Shown one piece after another: positions 20,614 to 32,387 of a stretch of 64,000 bases of DNA; the stretch's first letter is position 1, and the number at the start of each line of letters is the position of its first letter. Under the pieces are notes generated by a model. It had not been told where the DNA came from. It did no database searches and saw only the letters and a program-made list of their open reading frames with translations. This DNA is from Pirellulales bacterium (GTDB taxonomy: Bacteria; Planctomycetota; Planctomycetia; Pirellulales; PALSA-1355), in the NCBI GenBank assembly GCA_963733035.1, contig CAVTBU010000005.1:2528001-2592000 (forward strand), written 5' to 3'. The position numbers were made by a program, and so were the translations under genes.

Positions 20614-21339
20614 ATGAATTACATGCGATCCGTTGCCGGCATTGCCATCGTGTTCTTGGCAGGTTCGTTTGCGCATGGCGCAGCGGTTTTCTACGGACCG
20701 ACCCACTACTACAGCCCCGCCGACAGCCCCTTCGACTTGAGCGGGCTGGGCACAAACTTCTGGCTCGAGGATTTTGAAGATCTGCTGCTCAATACGCCGG
20801 GCGTCACGAGCATCAACGGCGCTCCTCGGGCGCCGTCGTCGCTCACCGACTCGGTCGATGGGGACGACGGTGCCATCGACGGCCACGGCAACGGCGCTAG
20901 CTACATGGTGCGGCCCGGCATCCTGGGAATGGACTTTGTGTTCGATGCGTCCGCGTTGGGCGGCCTTCCAAGTTATGCGGGAATCGTCGTCACCGACGGC
21001 TATGGAAAAGACGGATTACCCCAGGCCACCGCCGAGTTTTACGACGCCAATGACAACTTGATCGGCACCCTGAATAGCCTCTATGAGAACTTTGACGTCA
21101 ATACGACCGACGATGATTGGTTCTTGGGTGTCTATCACTCCACGGGAATCAGCCGGATTCATTTGTGGAACTATGGGACCGGAAGCAGCAATTTGGAGGT
21201 CGACCATCTTCAGTATGGCTATCCAATCCCGGAAGGTTCGACGCTGGCACTTTCGCTCAGCGCCTTGTTTGTGTTGGTCGCCATGCGATCGCTCCGCGGT
21301 TGGTCGATTGCCGGCCGTGCGCGGCAGCGTACGAGCTAG
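20614..21339 (+). CDS. PEP-CTERM-like secreted protein (PEG variant sorting motif)
   Basis: Signal peptide; acidic domain; YPIPEGSTLALSLSALFVLVAMRSLR tail. Confidence 0.75.
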   Translation: MNYMRSVAGIAIVFLAGSFAHGAAVFYGPTHYYSPADSPFDLSGLGTNFWLEDFEDLLLNTPGVTSINGAPRAPSSLTDSVDGDDGAIDGHGNGASYMVRPGILGMDFVFDASALGGLPSYAGIVVTDGYGKDGLPQATAEFYDANDNLIGTLNSLYENFDVNTTDDDWFLGVYHSTGISRIHLWNYGTGSSNLEVDHLQYGYPIPEGSTLALSLSALFVLVAMRSLRGWSIAGRARQRTS

Positions 21340-21451
21340 CTGAACCCCGCCTCGCTGTACGCCGACCGACTGCTGATCGGCTCCACGGACCCCCAAACTG
21401 CGCCCCCAACTCGCATACCCAACACAGCCGGTATTCGCTAGAATCCAGCCC

Positions 21452-22468
21452 ATGGCACAACAACCAAACAGGGGGACGCTGCTGCGGCACACGCTGATGG
21501 GGCTCAAGATCACGGCGACCGGCAGCTACGCGCCGCCGAACGTCGTGACCAATGAAGACCTCGCGGCGCTCGATCTCGATCCCGAATATATCTTTCGCCG
21601 CACCGGCATTCGCGAGCGACGACACGTTTCGCCCGGAATGTCGACCAGCGATCTGTGTTACAACTCCGCCCAGCAGTGCTTCGAGCGGGCAGGGGTGGGA
21701 CCCGAGGACATCGATCTGTTGGTCGTCGGTACGGTGTCGCCCGATTGGCACATCGCATCAACCGCCGCGGTACTTCAAGATCGGCTCGGCATGCGCTGTG
21801 GCGCGATCGAGATTGCTTCGGCCTGTGCGGGTTTCATGTATGCCCTGTGCACGGCAGCGCAGTACATCGCCACGGGGGCAAGCAAGCGAGCCCTGGTAAT
21901 GGGTGCCGACTGCTGTTCGAGCGTCATCCACCGCGAAGTACCGAAAACGTATCTGTTGTTTGGCGATGGCGGAGGCGCGGTAATTCTCGAGAAGGGAACG
22001 CCTGAGCAGGGCCTACTCGGCTACAACCTGGGAGCCGAAGGCGCGGGCGCCGAGCAGCTATACGTTCGGATGGGCGGTTCGCGCCAGCCAGCGACGCACG
22101 AGGGAATCGATCGGCTCGACCATTCGCTCTACATGGATGGCAAGGCCGTTTACAAATGGGCCACGCGGGTGCTCAGCGAAAGCATCATTGACGTACTCGA
22201 GCAGGCCAATCTAAAGCTCGATGACATCGACCTGTTTGTGCCGCATCAGGCAAACCTGCGGATCATCGAAGCCTCGGCCGACTATCTCGGCATCGACCGC
22301 GAAAAGATCATTATCAACGTCGATCGCTACGGCAACACCTCCGGCGGAAGCGTGCCCTTGGCGCTCGACGAGGCCTATCAGTCCGGCCGCATCAAGCCGG
22401 GCGACAAGGTATTGATGAGCGGCTACGGGGCGGGCCTGAGCTGGGGCACCGCCATTTTCGCTTGGTGA
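21452..22468 (+). CDS. fabH: 3-oxoacyl-ACP synthase III
   Basis: TGIRERR, ACAGF (Cys), PHQAN (His), GNTS (Asn), FGDGGGA. Confidence 0.93.
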   Translation: MAQQPNRGTLLRHTLMGLKITATGSYAPPNVVTNEDLAALDLDPEYIFRRTGIRERRHVSPGMSTSDLCYNSAQQCFERAGVGPEDIDLLVVGTVSPDWHIASTAAVLQDRLGMRCGAIEIASACAGFMYALCTAAQYIATGASKRALVMGADCCSSVIHREVPKTYLLFGDGGGAVILEKGTPEQGLLGYNLGAEGAGAEQLYVRMGGSRQPATHEGIDRLDHSLYMDGKAVYKWATRVLSESIIDVLEQANLKLDDIDLFVPHQANLRIIEASADYLGIDREKIIINVDRYGNTSGGSVPLALDEAYQSGRIKPGDKVLMSGYGAGLSWGTAIFAW

Positions 22469-22558
22469 ACCGCCGGGCTGGCATATACTTTCCCTGTCCG
22501 TTTGCATCCGCGCGCCGTGAGGCGCCGTTTCTATTTCTGTAGCAACCACGCGAGAGCC

Positions 22559-24364
22559 ATGATCGCCAAAGTCAAATCGCTGCCCCCACGCTCTAAAGTC
22601 AAACCGGAAGACACCTGGGACCTGTCGAGTCTGTTTCCCAATGACCAGGCCTGGGAAACGGCCTTCAAGAAGTGGGAAAAACAGATCGTCCGCTACGAGG
22701 ACTATCGCGGCAAGCTTGCCGAGGACGCTAAGACCTTGGCCGCGTGTCTCAAGTTCGATACCGAGTTCGAGCAGGCCGGCGAACGACTGGGGACGTATGC
22801 CTTCCTCAAGACGACCGAGGACATGGCCAACAGCACCTATCAGCGGATGATGGGTCGCTATCGCAACGTGGCCAGCAAGGCAGGGCAGGCCGCCAGCTAC
22901 ATTCGCCCGGAGATCATGGGCATTCCGGCCAAGACGATGTCGAAGTTCATGCAGGCGCGGCAATTGGCCGATTTTCGGCTGCTGCTCGAACAATTGCTCC
23001 GCTACAAGCCACACACGCTCGGCAAAAGCGAGGAAAAGCTGCTGGCCATGCAGGCCGAGATGTCGGATGCCGCCAACCAGATCTTCCGCCAGTTGACCGA
23101 TGCCGACCTGAAGTGGGGCAGCATCAAGAACGAACGCGGCGAACTTGTCGAGCTGAGCAACTCGACGTTCTCGTCATTCTTGCAATCGCCTGAGCGCAAA
23201 GTCCGCAAGCAGGCCTTTCACGAGTATTACACGCAGTTCAAGGCCCACGAAAACACGCTGGCCGCCGCGCTTTCCGGCTCCATTCAGCGCGACGTGTACT
23301 ATGCCCGGGCGAGGAACTATCCGAGCGCGCTCGAGGCGTCGCTGTTTCACGACAAGGTACCTGCGTCGGTGGTCACCAACCTGATCGAATCAGTACATCG
23401 TCACCTGCCGGCGCTCTATCGCTACTACGACTTGCGCCGTCGCAAGATGCAACTGCGTGATATCCACCACTACGACACCTACGTGCCGATATTGAGCGAG
23501 CTGAAGAGTCGCCACAACTGGAACCAGGCGGTCAAGCTGGTGATCTCGGCGATTGAACCGTTGGGGAGCGAGTATTGTGGCGCACTCGAACGCGGCTTGA
23601 ACGGCCGCTGGAGCGATCGCTATCCGAACCAGGGGAAGCAGAGTGGGGCGTTCAGCTGCGGATCGTTTGACGGCGACCCGTACATCCTGATGAATTACCA
23701 ACCCGACGTACTCGACCACGTATTCACGCTGGCGCACGAAGCGGGCCACTCGATGCACAGCTACTACTCGGCCAAGCACCAGCCGTTTCAGTATTACAAC
23801 TACACGATCTTCGTGGCCGAAGTGGCCAGCACGTTCAACGAACAACTACTTGCGCGGCACATGATGGCCCGCGCCAAGAGCGACAAGGAACGCGCTTTCC
23901 TGATCAATCGCGAAATCGATTCCATTCGCGGCACGATTCTGCGGCAAACGATGTTCGCCGAGTTCGAGGGGATCACGCACGCCTTGGCCGAGGAGGGCGA
24001 ACCGCTGACGGTCGACCGCTTCAAGAGCGAGTATCGCAAGCTGCTCGAACTGTACTTCGGTCCCGATTTCGCGCTCGACGAAGAGCTGTCGCTGGAATGC
24101 TTCCGCATCCCACACTTCTACCGAGCCTTTTACGTGTACAAGTACGCCACCGGGCTGTCGGCTGCCATTGCGCTGGTCGAGCGGGTCACCAGCGGCGGCA
24201 AGCAGGAACTCGACGATTATCTCGGTTTTCTCAAGGGCGGGTGCTCGAAATACCCTCTCGATTTGCTGCGCGGCGCCGGCGTGGACATGGAAAAACCACA
24301 GGCCGTCGACACGGCGCTGGATTATTTCGAGCGGCTGGTCACCGAGCTGGACGAATTGTTGTAA
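22559..24364 (+). CDS. pepF: Oligoendopeptidase F (M3B)
   Basis: TWDLSSLF, GKQSGAFS, TLAHEAGHSMHS, AEVAST, FYVYKYATG. Confidence 0.95.
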   Translation: MIAKVKSLPPRSKVKPEDTWDLSSLFPNDQAWETAFKKWEKQIVRYEDYRGKLAEDAKTLAACLKFDTEFEQAGERLGTYAFLKTTEDMANSTYQRMMGRYRNVASKAGQAASYIRPEIMGIPAKTMSKFMQARQLADFRLLLEQLLRYKPHTLGKSEEKLLAMQAEMSDAANQIFRQLTDADLKWGSIKNERGELVELSNSTFSSFLQSPERKVRKQAFHEYYTQFKAHENTLAAALSGSIQRDVYYARARNYPSALEASLFHDKVPASVVTNLIESVHRHLPALYRYYDLRRRKMQLRDIHHYDTYVPILSELKSRHNWNQAVKLVISAIEPLGSEYCGALERGLNGRWSDRYPNQGKQSGAFSCGSFDGDPYILMNYQPDVLDHVFTLAHEAGHSMHSYYSAKHQPFQYYNYTIFVAEVASTFNEQLLARHMMARAKSDKERAFLINREIDSIRGTILRQTMFAEFEGITHALAEEGEPLTVDRFKSEYRKLLELYFGPDFALDEELSLECFRIPHFYRAFYVYKYATGLSAAIALVERVTSGGKQELDDYLGFLKGGCSKYPLDLLRGAGVDMEKPQAVDTALDYFERLVTELDELL

Positions 24365-24423
24365 GCGCTGCGACTGGCGTTTAGCATGGCCGCTGTGATT
24401 TGAGCCTGGAGAACAACAATGGG

Positions 24424-24449
24424 AAAAAGCCCCGGGCGAAACCGGGGCT
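24424..24449 (-). terminator. Terminator-like hairpin with U-tract on the minus strand
   Basis: AGCCCCGG-GCGAAA-CCGGGGCT preceded by an A-run. Confidence 0.45.
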
Positions 24450-24476
24450 GACAAGTGATTACCCGAAAGGGATGCC

Positions 24477-25235
24477 ATGCAACTCGGACTTGTGACTTAT
24501 CAATGGGGCGCCGATTGGGATCTGCCCACGGTGATCAAGAACTGCCAGGAAACCGGGTTTGCCGGAGTCGAACTTCGCAGCACGCACAAGCACGGCGTGG
24601 AGCCGTCGCTCACCGAAGCCGAGCGGCGGGAAGTCGCCAAGCGGTTTGCCGATCGCGGCGTCGAGTTGGTCGGCCTCGGCACCGCCTGCGAATATCATTC
24701 GCCCGATCCGGCGGAATTGAAAAAAAACATCGAAGAGACGAAAGCCTTCATTCGGCTTTGTCACGATGTTGGCGGCACCGGTATCAAAGTGCGGCCGAAC
24801 GGATTGCCGGCTGGCGTGCCCCAACAAAAGACTATTGAACAGATTGGTCGCGCGCTCGATGAAGTCGCCTCTTATGGCGAAGGCTATGGCGTAGAGATTC
24901 GGCTCGAAATCCACGGCCGCGGCACGTCGGAAATTCCCGTGATACGCAAGATCATGGACGTCTCGCAGCACCCGGCGTCGAAGCTCTGCTGGAACTGCAA
25001 CGAGGCCGACCTGCACAAGCCAGGGCTCGAAGCGAACTTCCGCAGCGTGCAGGATCGGATCAGCACGGTTCACATTCACGATCTGATCAGCAGCTACCCT
25101 TGGATCGAGTTGTTCGGCCTACTGAAGGGCGCGAACTTCGCCGGCTGGACGCTACTCGAAGAAGGCGATCGCACCAGCGACCCCATCCGCGTGATGAAAT
25201 ACTACCGTCTGCTGTGGGAACGCATGACGACCTAA
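24477..25235 (+). CDS. Sugar phosphate isomerase/epimerase family protein
   Basis: GFAGVELR, IRLEIHG, VHIHD, WTLLE TIM-barrel motifs. Confidence 0.87.
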   Translation: MQLGLVTYQWGADWDLPTVIKNCQETGFAGVELRSTHKHGVEPSLTEAERREVAKRFADRGVELVGLGTACEYHSPDPAELKKNIEETKAFIRLCHDVGGTGIKVRPNGLPAGVPQQKTIEQIGRALDEVASYGEGYGVEIRLEIHGRGTSEIPVIRKIMDVSQHPASKLCWNCNEADLHKPGLEANFRSVQDRISTVHIHDLISSYPWIELFGLLKGANFAGWTLLEEGDRTSDPIRVMKYYRLLWERMTT

Positions 25236-25295
25236 CCGGCCAACCCTCAGCCGCTTAGCCCGGAGACATCGTCGACGACGTTCGCAGGAAGCACC

Positions 25296-25640
25296 ATGAA
25301 CGCACCGAACCATCCGCTCGCTGGCAACTTGCTCGCAAATCTCCCGATCGAAAGTGCCGACGAAGCGCTGGAAGTCCTCGCCGAGGCAAAAGACATCCGC
25401 ATCGAGCGGATCATCTCGCGAGGGCATGCGTTGCCAGACGACGTATGGTACGACCAGCCACAGTCGGAGTTCGTGGTGCTCCTAAGCGGCGAAGCGCACT
25501 TGCAGTTTGAAGGGGAGCCGGAGCCGCGGATGCTGGTCGTGGGCGACTTCCTGGTGATCCCAGCCCATTGCAGGCACCGCGTGGCGTGGACCACGCTCGA
25601 TGAGCCGAGTGTCTGGCTGGCCATTCATTACGACTCATGA
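25296..25640 (+). CDS. Cupin domain protein
   Basis: RIERIISRGH, WYDQ..EFVVLLSG, IPAHCRHRVAWT. Confidence 0.9.
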   Translation: MNAPNHPLAGNLLANLPIESADEALEVLAEAKDIRIERIISRGHALPDDVWYDQPQSEFVVLLSGEAHLQFEGEPEPRMLVVGDFLVIPAHCRHRVAWTTLDEPSVWLAIHYDS

Positions 25641-25653
25641 GCCCGTGCGTCGT

Positions 25654-26682
25654 CTATGGCGCCGGCTTGACGGTGGTGATCCACAGGAAAGGTTTGTCGG
25701 CCTCGTCGACGCGAAGCTCATAGCGCAGGCCAGCTTGAAACAGGACTTTGCTGAGCACCTGGCTGTATGACATGCGTTTGGCCGGCACGTCGGCCGGAGC
25801 CGTGGCCGGATCGGCGCCATGGAGAGCCATGGCGTTGCGATCGTAAATGAGCGGCACTTCCAAGCGGCCCTCGATCGCTTGCACGGCTTCGATTACCGGA
25901 ATCTCGCTGATCTCGACATTGAGCATCTCGAACAGGATCGGCAACTCGTCGGCCGCTCGCTTGGCCGGCTTGAAACCGACGGGCCAGGCCTCCTGGCCCT
26001 TGACGGGCTCGGCCAGATGATACTCGATCGATCCGCCCTCAGCGCGGCGGGGAGTTAGCACGAGCCCGGCCGGTCGCGCGATGGCTGCCAATGTAGTACC
26101 GCAGGAAAGGTTCTTAAACTCGTCCGCCAGCTGCACGCCTCGCAGGGCGCCGGTCGCGCTTGGCTGTACTCTGAGCGGCGCATGAAGTTTTCGCGCGATC
26201 TTGTCCACGGCCAGGTCGCCGCGCAGACGCAACGTCGAGAAATCAATCGGCTGTCGCAGGTCTCCATGAACTTGTTGGAGCTGCGAGGGGGTCATGCCGA
26301 AGGCCGCGCAGGGCGCGGTCACTCCCTCGACGCCGTCCGTCCCCAGGTCGGCGATCCACTTTTTCAGCCGGTCTGTCTGGCGCGGTTCGAACTTGCCGCC
26401 CGGCACGTGCAGCGTGTTGTCGGCCGTCAGAATGCCCGTGACCCGGTAGGCCGGGGCGGACGGTGTGCCGGTGCTTGTGACGTCCATTTTATCGTCTCCG
26501 CTTCCCGAACGGATCTGGAGACCCGTCACCCCCAGACCCGAGAGCACTTGATACCACTGCTGAGCGGCCGTCGGCGGAATTCCCGGACGAGTGACGATTT
26601 CCAGCGATACGCGAGGTCCCTCGGCGGCGCTCGCCAGGGCGGCGCAAAGGAATGCGATACTTGCGATTAGAATGACTCGCAT
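25654..26682 (-). CDS. Secreted hypothetical protein
   Basis: GGAGG RBS, signal peptide MRVILIASIAFLCAALASA. Confidence 0.75.
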   Translation of the reverse strand: MRVILIASIAFLCAALASAAEGPRVSLEIVTRPGIPPTAAQQWYQVLSGLGVTGLQIRSGSGDDKMDVTSTGTPSAPAYRVTGILTADNTLHVPGGKFEPRQTDRLKKWIADLGTDGVEGVTAPCAAFGMTPSQLQQVHGDLRQPIDFSTLRLRGDLAVDKIARKLHAPLRVQPSATGALRGVQLADEFKNLSCGTTLAAIARPAGLVLTPRRAEGGSIEYHLAEPVKGQEAWPVGFKPAKRAADELPILFEMLNVEISEIPVIEAVQAIEGRLEVPLIYDRNAMALHGADPATAPADVPAKRMSYSQVLSKVLFQAGLRYELRVDEADKPFLWITTVKPAP

Positions 26683-26902
26683 GGCGATCCTCCCGGCAGA
26701 AAAGTGCGGCGAACACCCAACTATACCATCTATGAACAACTCGTCACTTTTGCGCAATCCGAGTCAGTCGGTTGGACATCGATATCTGCTATTAGTAGGG
26801 TATGTAACTTCTGCTATGAAAAATCCACCTGATCGACCCGCCTGAGTCGGATGGAATTCCGTCGCGACCGCTCCCATTGATTGACTTCTGAGGATTACGC
26901 TC

Positions 26903-27874
26903 GTGAACGCCATTGTCCCTGTCGCTCTTCGCAGCCGCGCTCAGCTGCCGCGCCGTTTTTTCTGCCCGGCGCTCGCGCTGGCCGTCGGATGTTCGGCCGT
27001 GCTCCTGGCCTCGGTTGCCGAGGCAACGCTTCTGTCGGACTGGAACTTGTTGGTTGAAACCAACATGACGACATCGTCCCATGTCGATGGCAGCACCAAG
27101 ATCGGCGGCAACCTTGGCGCCAGCGCCGGTGTGTTCTCGACGCACCTCGTTACCGCGCCCAATGGCGATGGACTGGCAGTTGGCGGCAACATCACCGGCA
27201 ATCTGCAAATCAACAACGGCGGCAATCTACGACTGGGCGGCACGAACAACGGCTCGGTGATCTTTAACGGCGGCGGCACGACCGTTCTCGACGCGGGCCT
27301 CGCGGCTGAAGTGGCGGCTGACTTTGCGTATCTCGACGACCTGAGTGCCGCGCTGGATACGCTTACACCCAACGGCACCCTCGATGGCGCCGGCAACATG
27401 AACGCCGTGCCGGTGGTGCTCGACGGTCAAAACGTGGCGATCTATAGCATCACCGCCGCCAGCTTGAACGGTCTGGGACAGCTGAACCTGAACTTTGGAT
27501 CGGCCGACACGGTGATCATCAACGTCTCGGGCACGAGTGTCAGCTTCATCGCGCCACCGAACATTATCGGTGGCTTCAACCAGAACAACAGCTCGCGGAT
27601 CCTCTGGAACCTACCGGAAGCGACGCAGGTGTCGGTGAACAACTCCTTCAATGGAGCGCTGTTGGCCCCGCAGGCAGATTTGGCCGTGCTGGGCGGTGGC
27701 ATGAACGGCACCGTGGCCGTCCACTCGCTGTCAAACCAGAATGCCGAAATCCGCCAGTTCGACTACACGGGCTACCTGCCACCGGTGATCGTGCCCGAAC
27801 CGGGCAGTGGTCTGTTGCTGGGCCTGGCCGGACTCGCGCTGGTCGGCTGGTACCGGTTGCGTCGCCGCGCCTAG
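26903..27874 (+). CDS. Choice-of-anchor A-like PEP-CTERM protein
   Basis: Signal peptide; TVIINVSG, ILWNLPEAT, GALLAPQA; VPEPG-TM-RRR. Confidence 0.85.
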   Translation: MNAIVPVALRSRAQLPRRFFCPALALAVGCSAVLLASVAEATLLSDWNLLVETNMTTSSHVDGSTKIGGNLGASAGVFSTHLVTAPNGDGLAVGGNITGNLQINNGGNLRLGGTNNGSVIFNGGGTTVLDAGLAAEVAADFAYLDDLSAALDTLTPNGTLDGAGNMNAVPVVLDGQNVAIYSITAASLNGLGQLNLNFGSADTVIINVSGTSVSFIAPPNIIGGFNQNNSSRILWNLPEATQVSVNNSFNGALLAPQADLAVLGGGMNGTVAVHSLSNQNAEIRQFDYTGYLPPVIVPEPGSGLLLGLAGLALVGWYRLRRRA

Positions 27875-28054
27875 TCGGTACGAATGTAACGCCAACATCC
27901 GAATTCCGCGCTCGCTTTGCGCGCGAAGGGCGCGTAGGCCCTCTGGCATTTGACCGCTATAATCGGTGCGCCAATGGCAAACGTTGTTTGCGTGCGAAGA
28001 CCGCGTCCCAGGACGGGCGCACAACAAGAAAAACATCGGCTTGGAGGTCATGCG

Positions 28055-28657
28055 ATGAACGTGCGACGATGGACGGCCCTGGCGGCGATTTTAGTGATTG
28101 GCGTGGTAGCAGGCCGCACGACGGGCACGATTGCCCAAGACGAAAAGCAAGCGAAACCCGACATGCAAAAGCTGGCCGTCGATTGCGCGGCCGCGAAGCT
28201 GAAGCTCGCGAAGATGAACCTGGCCCGAATGGAAGGGCTTAACAAGCGCGTGCCTGGCACGCTGATCAAGGGCATGATCGAGCAATTTGTCCAGGAGGTC
28301 GAACTTGCCCAGCAGGATCTGGACATCGCTAAGAAGAATCCCGGCGGCGATCCGTATGGAGCCTGCGTCGAACGGATCCGACTCGGTCTGCAGTCGGCCG
28401 AACACCGCGCCAAGCGAGCGTACCAGACGTATGAGCAGGCACCCGACATCGTGAGCAAGGACGACGTGGAACGGATGCGCCAGATTGCGATCATCGCCGA
28501 CCTGCAACTGCAACGCGGCTTGGCCCTCAAAGACGCCGATGCGGCCAAGCAACTCCAATGGCAATTGGAAATCTACGCCAGCGAAATCGACCGCGTGCGC
28601 GTGTACACCTACCTGTTGGGTCAAAATCGGTTTGGGGAGTTTGCCCCGGGATTGTAA
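28055..28657 (+). CDS. Secreted helical hypothetical protein
   Basis: GGAGG RBS, signal peptide, coiled-coil-like body. Confidence 0.75.
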   Translation: MNVRRWTALAAILVIGVVAGRTTGTIAQDEKQAKPDMQKLAVDCAAAKLKLAKMNLARMEGLNKRVPGTLIKGMIEQFVQEVELAQQDLDIAKKNPGGDPYGACVERIRLGLQSAEHRAKRAYQTYEQAPDIVSKDDVERMRQIAIIADLQLQRGLALKDADAAKQLQWQLEIYASEIDRVRVYTYLLGQNRFGEFAPGL

Positions 28658-28797
28658 GGACCGGTTGATTGTCGTCGGCGATGCCAACCGAGTGTGACGA
28701 TAAAACCCTACTGGGTTCCTTTGCGAGCCGGCGGTAGAATGACCCCCTTGGATTCGTCCATCAGGGATCACGCCTGCCAACAGCGAGGGATTGCCAC

Positions 28798-31700
28798 GTG
28801 AGCGCGCCGCCATTTGTTCATCTGCATTGCCATAGCCACTTCAGCCTGCTCGATGGGGCAAGTCCGATTCAGGGGCTGGTCGATCGGGCTAAAGAATTGG
28901 GGATGAACGGGCTGGCGCTGACCGACCACGGCAATCTCTACGGCGCACTCGACTTCTATCGCAAGGCCAAGGCCGTCGGCATCAACCCGATCATTGGCTA
29001 CGAGGCCTACATCGCGCCGCAATCGCGGTTTCAAAAAGACGCCGGCGGCATGAAGGAAGCCAGCTTCCATCTGACACTGCTTGCGCAGAACAGAATCGGT
29101 TTCAAGAACCTCGTCAAAATGGCCAGCCGGGCATTTCTCGAGGGCTTTTACTTCAAGCCGCGCATCGACAAGGAATTGCTCGAGGCCCATAGCGAAGGGA
29201 TTATCTGCCTCAGCGGTTGTGTCTCGGGAGAATTCAGCCGAACGATCCTGCAACAGCATGGCGATCTGCCCGACCTAACCCCCGCCATGGAAATCGCCGG
29301 TTGGTTTCAGAAGGTGTTTGGCGATCGCTACTTCATCGAGATCCAAAACAACGGGCTCGAGATCCAACAAATCGCCATGCAAGGTGCGGTCGATGTGGCC
29401 AAAAAGATGGGGCTGCCTGTCGTGGCCACCAGCGACGCCCACTACGTGCGCCGCGAGGACGCCGAAGCACAAGACGTGCTATTGTGCATCAACACCGGCA
29501 AGTTCCGCACCGACAAACAGCGGATGCGGATGGAAGGAGATCAGTTCTTCCTCCGCAGTCCCGAGGAAATGTACGAGGCACTCGGCGTCGAGCATGTCGA
29601 CGCGCTCGCCCAGAGCCAGAAGATCGCCGACTCGGTCGACATCGAACTTGAGCTGGGCCAGCGGCACTTTCCCACCTACACGCTGCCGCCGGAAAAGACC
29701 GCCCAGGACTTTCTGTACGAGCTCTGTGTCCAAGGGCTGAAAGAACGTTATGCCGACGATCCCCAGCGGTGGGAAAACGGCGAGCTGTCGACGGCGGTGA
29801 CCGAGCGACTCGACTTCGAACTGTCAGTCATCAACAAGCTCGGGTTTCCGAACTACTTTCTCATCGTCTGGGATTTCGTACGCCACTCGCGTGAGCAGGG
29901 CATCCCGGCGACGGCCCGCGGCAGCGGCGTCGGCTCGCTGGTGTCGTACGCGCTATACCTGAGCCACGTCTGTCCGTTGCGATACGACTTGTTGTTCGAG
30001 CGATTCCTGGACGAAAGCCGCAAGGAAGCGCCGGATATCGATATCGACTTCTGCAAGCTCCGCCGCGTCGAAGTGATCAACTACGTCAAGGAAAAATACG
30101 GCGAAGCGAACGTGGCTCAAATCGGCACGTTTGGCACGCTGGCCGCCCGGGCGGCGATTCGCGACGTCGGCCGCGCGCTCGGCATGCCGATCTTTCGCGT
30201 CGATCAGATCGTGGCCATGGTGCCCGAGGAACTTCACATCACACTCAACAAGGCGCTGGAGGAAAGCGCCGATTTGAAGAAGGCCTACGACAGTGATCCG
30301 GAAGTGCGCGAGCTGCTGGACCTGGCGGCAAGATTGAGGGCTTGGCCCGCAACGTCGGTACGCACGCTGCGGCCGTGGTGATCGCGGACAAACCGCTCGA
30401 CGAATATGTACCACTGGGTCGCGTGGCGGGAAAAGAGGAAATCATCACCCAGTGGGCCATGGGCGACGTCGAAGCCGCCGGCCTGTTGAAGATGGACTTT
30501 CTCGGCCTGCGCAACTTGACGATTCTCTCCAAGGCGGTGGACCTGATCGAACAGACTACCGGCCAGCGAGTTGATCCGCACAAGTTTCCACTGGACGACA
30601 AAGAAACGTTCGCACTGCTGTGCCGGGGTGAAACCAAGGGTATTTTTCAGCTCGAAAGCGGTGGTATTCGCGACTTGCTGCAAAAGATGAAGCCGGACCA
30701 TTTCCGCGACATCATTGCCACCAATGCCCTGTATCGTCCCGGCCCGCTCGAAGGCGGCATGGTAGACGACTACGTGCAGGTAAAGCACGGCAGAAAAGAA
30801 GCCGTCTACCCGCACCCGGTGATGAAAGACGTGCTGGAAGAAACGCACGGCGTGATGGTCTACCAGGAACAGGTGATGCGAATCCTCAACCGTCTAGGCG
30901 GCATTGAGTTGCCCAACGCCTACACCTGTATTAAGGCCATTAGCAAGAAAAAGCTGCCTTTGATTGCCAAATACAAGGAACAGTTCATTGACGGAGCCCA
31001 CGCCAAGGGACTGCCCAAAAATGCCGCGGCTGAACTGTTCGAAATGATCGAAAAGTTCGCCGGCTACGGCTTCAACAAAAGCCATTCGACAGCCTACGCT
31101 CTAATCGCCTACATGACGGCCTACCTAAAGGCCCACTACTCGGTCGAGTTCATGGCCGCGCTCCTCTCCGGCGACATCGACGCGCGTAATTTCAAAAAGA
31201 AAGACTCGCTCGTCGAACACCTGGAAGACTGCCGCAGAATGGACATCGAAGTCATTCCGCCCGACGTCAATCGTTCGGAAGGGGACTTTACCGTGGCCGA
31301 TGGCAAGATCGTGCTCGGGCTGTGCGCGATCAAGGGCTGCGGCACCGCGGCGATGGACGCCCTGGTCGCCGCCCGCAAGGCGGACGGGCCTTTCCGCGAT
31401 TTGTTCGATTTTTGCGAACGGGTCGATCCGTCGCAAATCAACAAGTCCACGATCGAAACGCTGATCAAAGCCGGTGCGTTCGATTCACTCGGAGCGCGGC
31501 GATCGCAACTGTCGGCCGTGCTCGAACGGGCGATTCAATCGGGCGCGGCTTTGCACGCCGATCGCAAGAGCGGCCAGAAGGGACTGTTTGACATGCTCGA
31601 GGAAGACTCTGGTCCTGCCGCGCCGGTAGCATTGCCAGACGTGCCCGAATGGGACGATCGAGAGCGTCTGGCCGCCGAAAAAGAGGTGCTCGGCTTTTAC

Positions 31701-32387
31701 CTCTCCAGTCATCCGCTGGCGGAGCATGAGCAGACGTTGGCCACGTTTTGCTCGCACAACACGGTCGAGATCGCCAATCTGCCGCACCGCGCGGAAGTGA
31801 TCATGGGAGGTATTCTCTCCTCAATCAAGTTTTCGCAAACCAAGGCTCCCCGGCCCGGAAGTACCCACACCCGCTACGCCATGTTCGACCTGGAGGACAT
31901 GCAAGGCGCAATCCGCTGCATTATGTGGCCCGAGGAGTTCGCCAATTTGGGACATCTCGTCGAAGCCGATGCCACGCTCGTAATTCGGGGCACCGTCGAC
32001 CGTCGCCCAGGAAGCGAAGAGGCGAACCTGCTCGTCAACGAGTTGATTCCACTGGAAGATCTGCACACGCGTTTTACACGCGGAATGATAGTTCGGATTA
32101 GCGAAGCCCAGCACTCGGAACGCGGATTGGAGGAACTGTTCGAGATACTTCGCGGGTATCCCGGAAACTGCGAGCTACAGCTCGTTGTGTGCCTGAACGA
32201 CGGTAGTCGGGTCTATATGAAAAGTGACAAGGTACGGGTGGAGTTGAACGCGGAAATGCGCAACCGCCTGGATGCCCTGCTTGGACCTGGCAATGTCAAG
32301 CTGATCGCCGCGCCTCCGACCCCCTCGCGACCGCAGCAAAGCGGGCGGGGTAGCTACGGCCGCGATCGGGCCATGGCCAGAACCTAG
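28798..32387 (+). CDS. dnaE: DNA polymerase III alpha subunit (1-nt indel near 30327)
   Basis: PHP HLHCHS..SLLDG, RGSGVGS, PDIDIDF; second frame GTHAAAVVI, KMDFLGL, FAGYGFNKSHS, OB fold. Confidence 0.96.

Noticed and set aside
28798..32387. Split dnaE as an intein-split gene or programmed frameshift
   Set aside because: No intein motifs or slippery sequence; one inserted C restores ARKIEG; similar indels affect many genes in the window.
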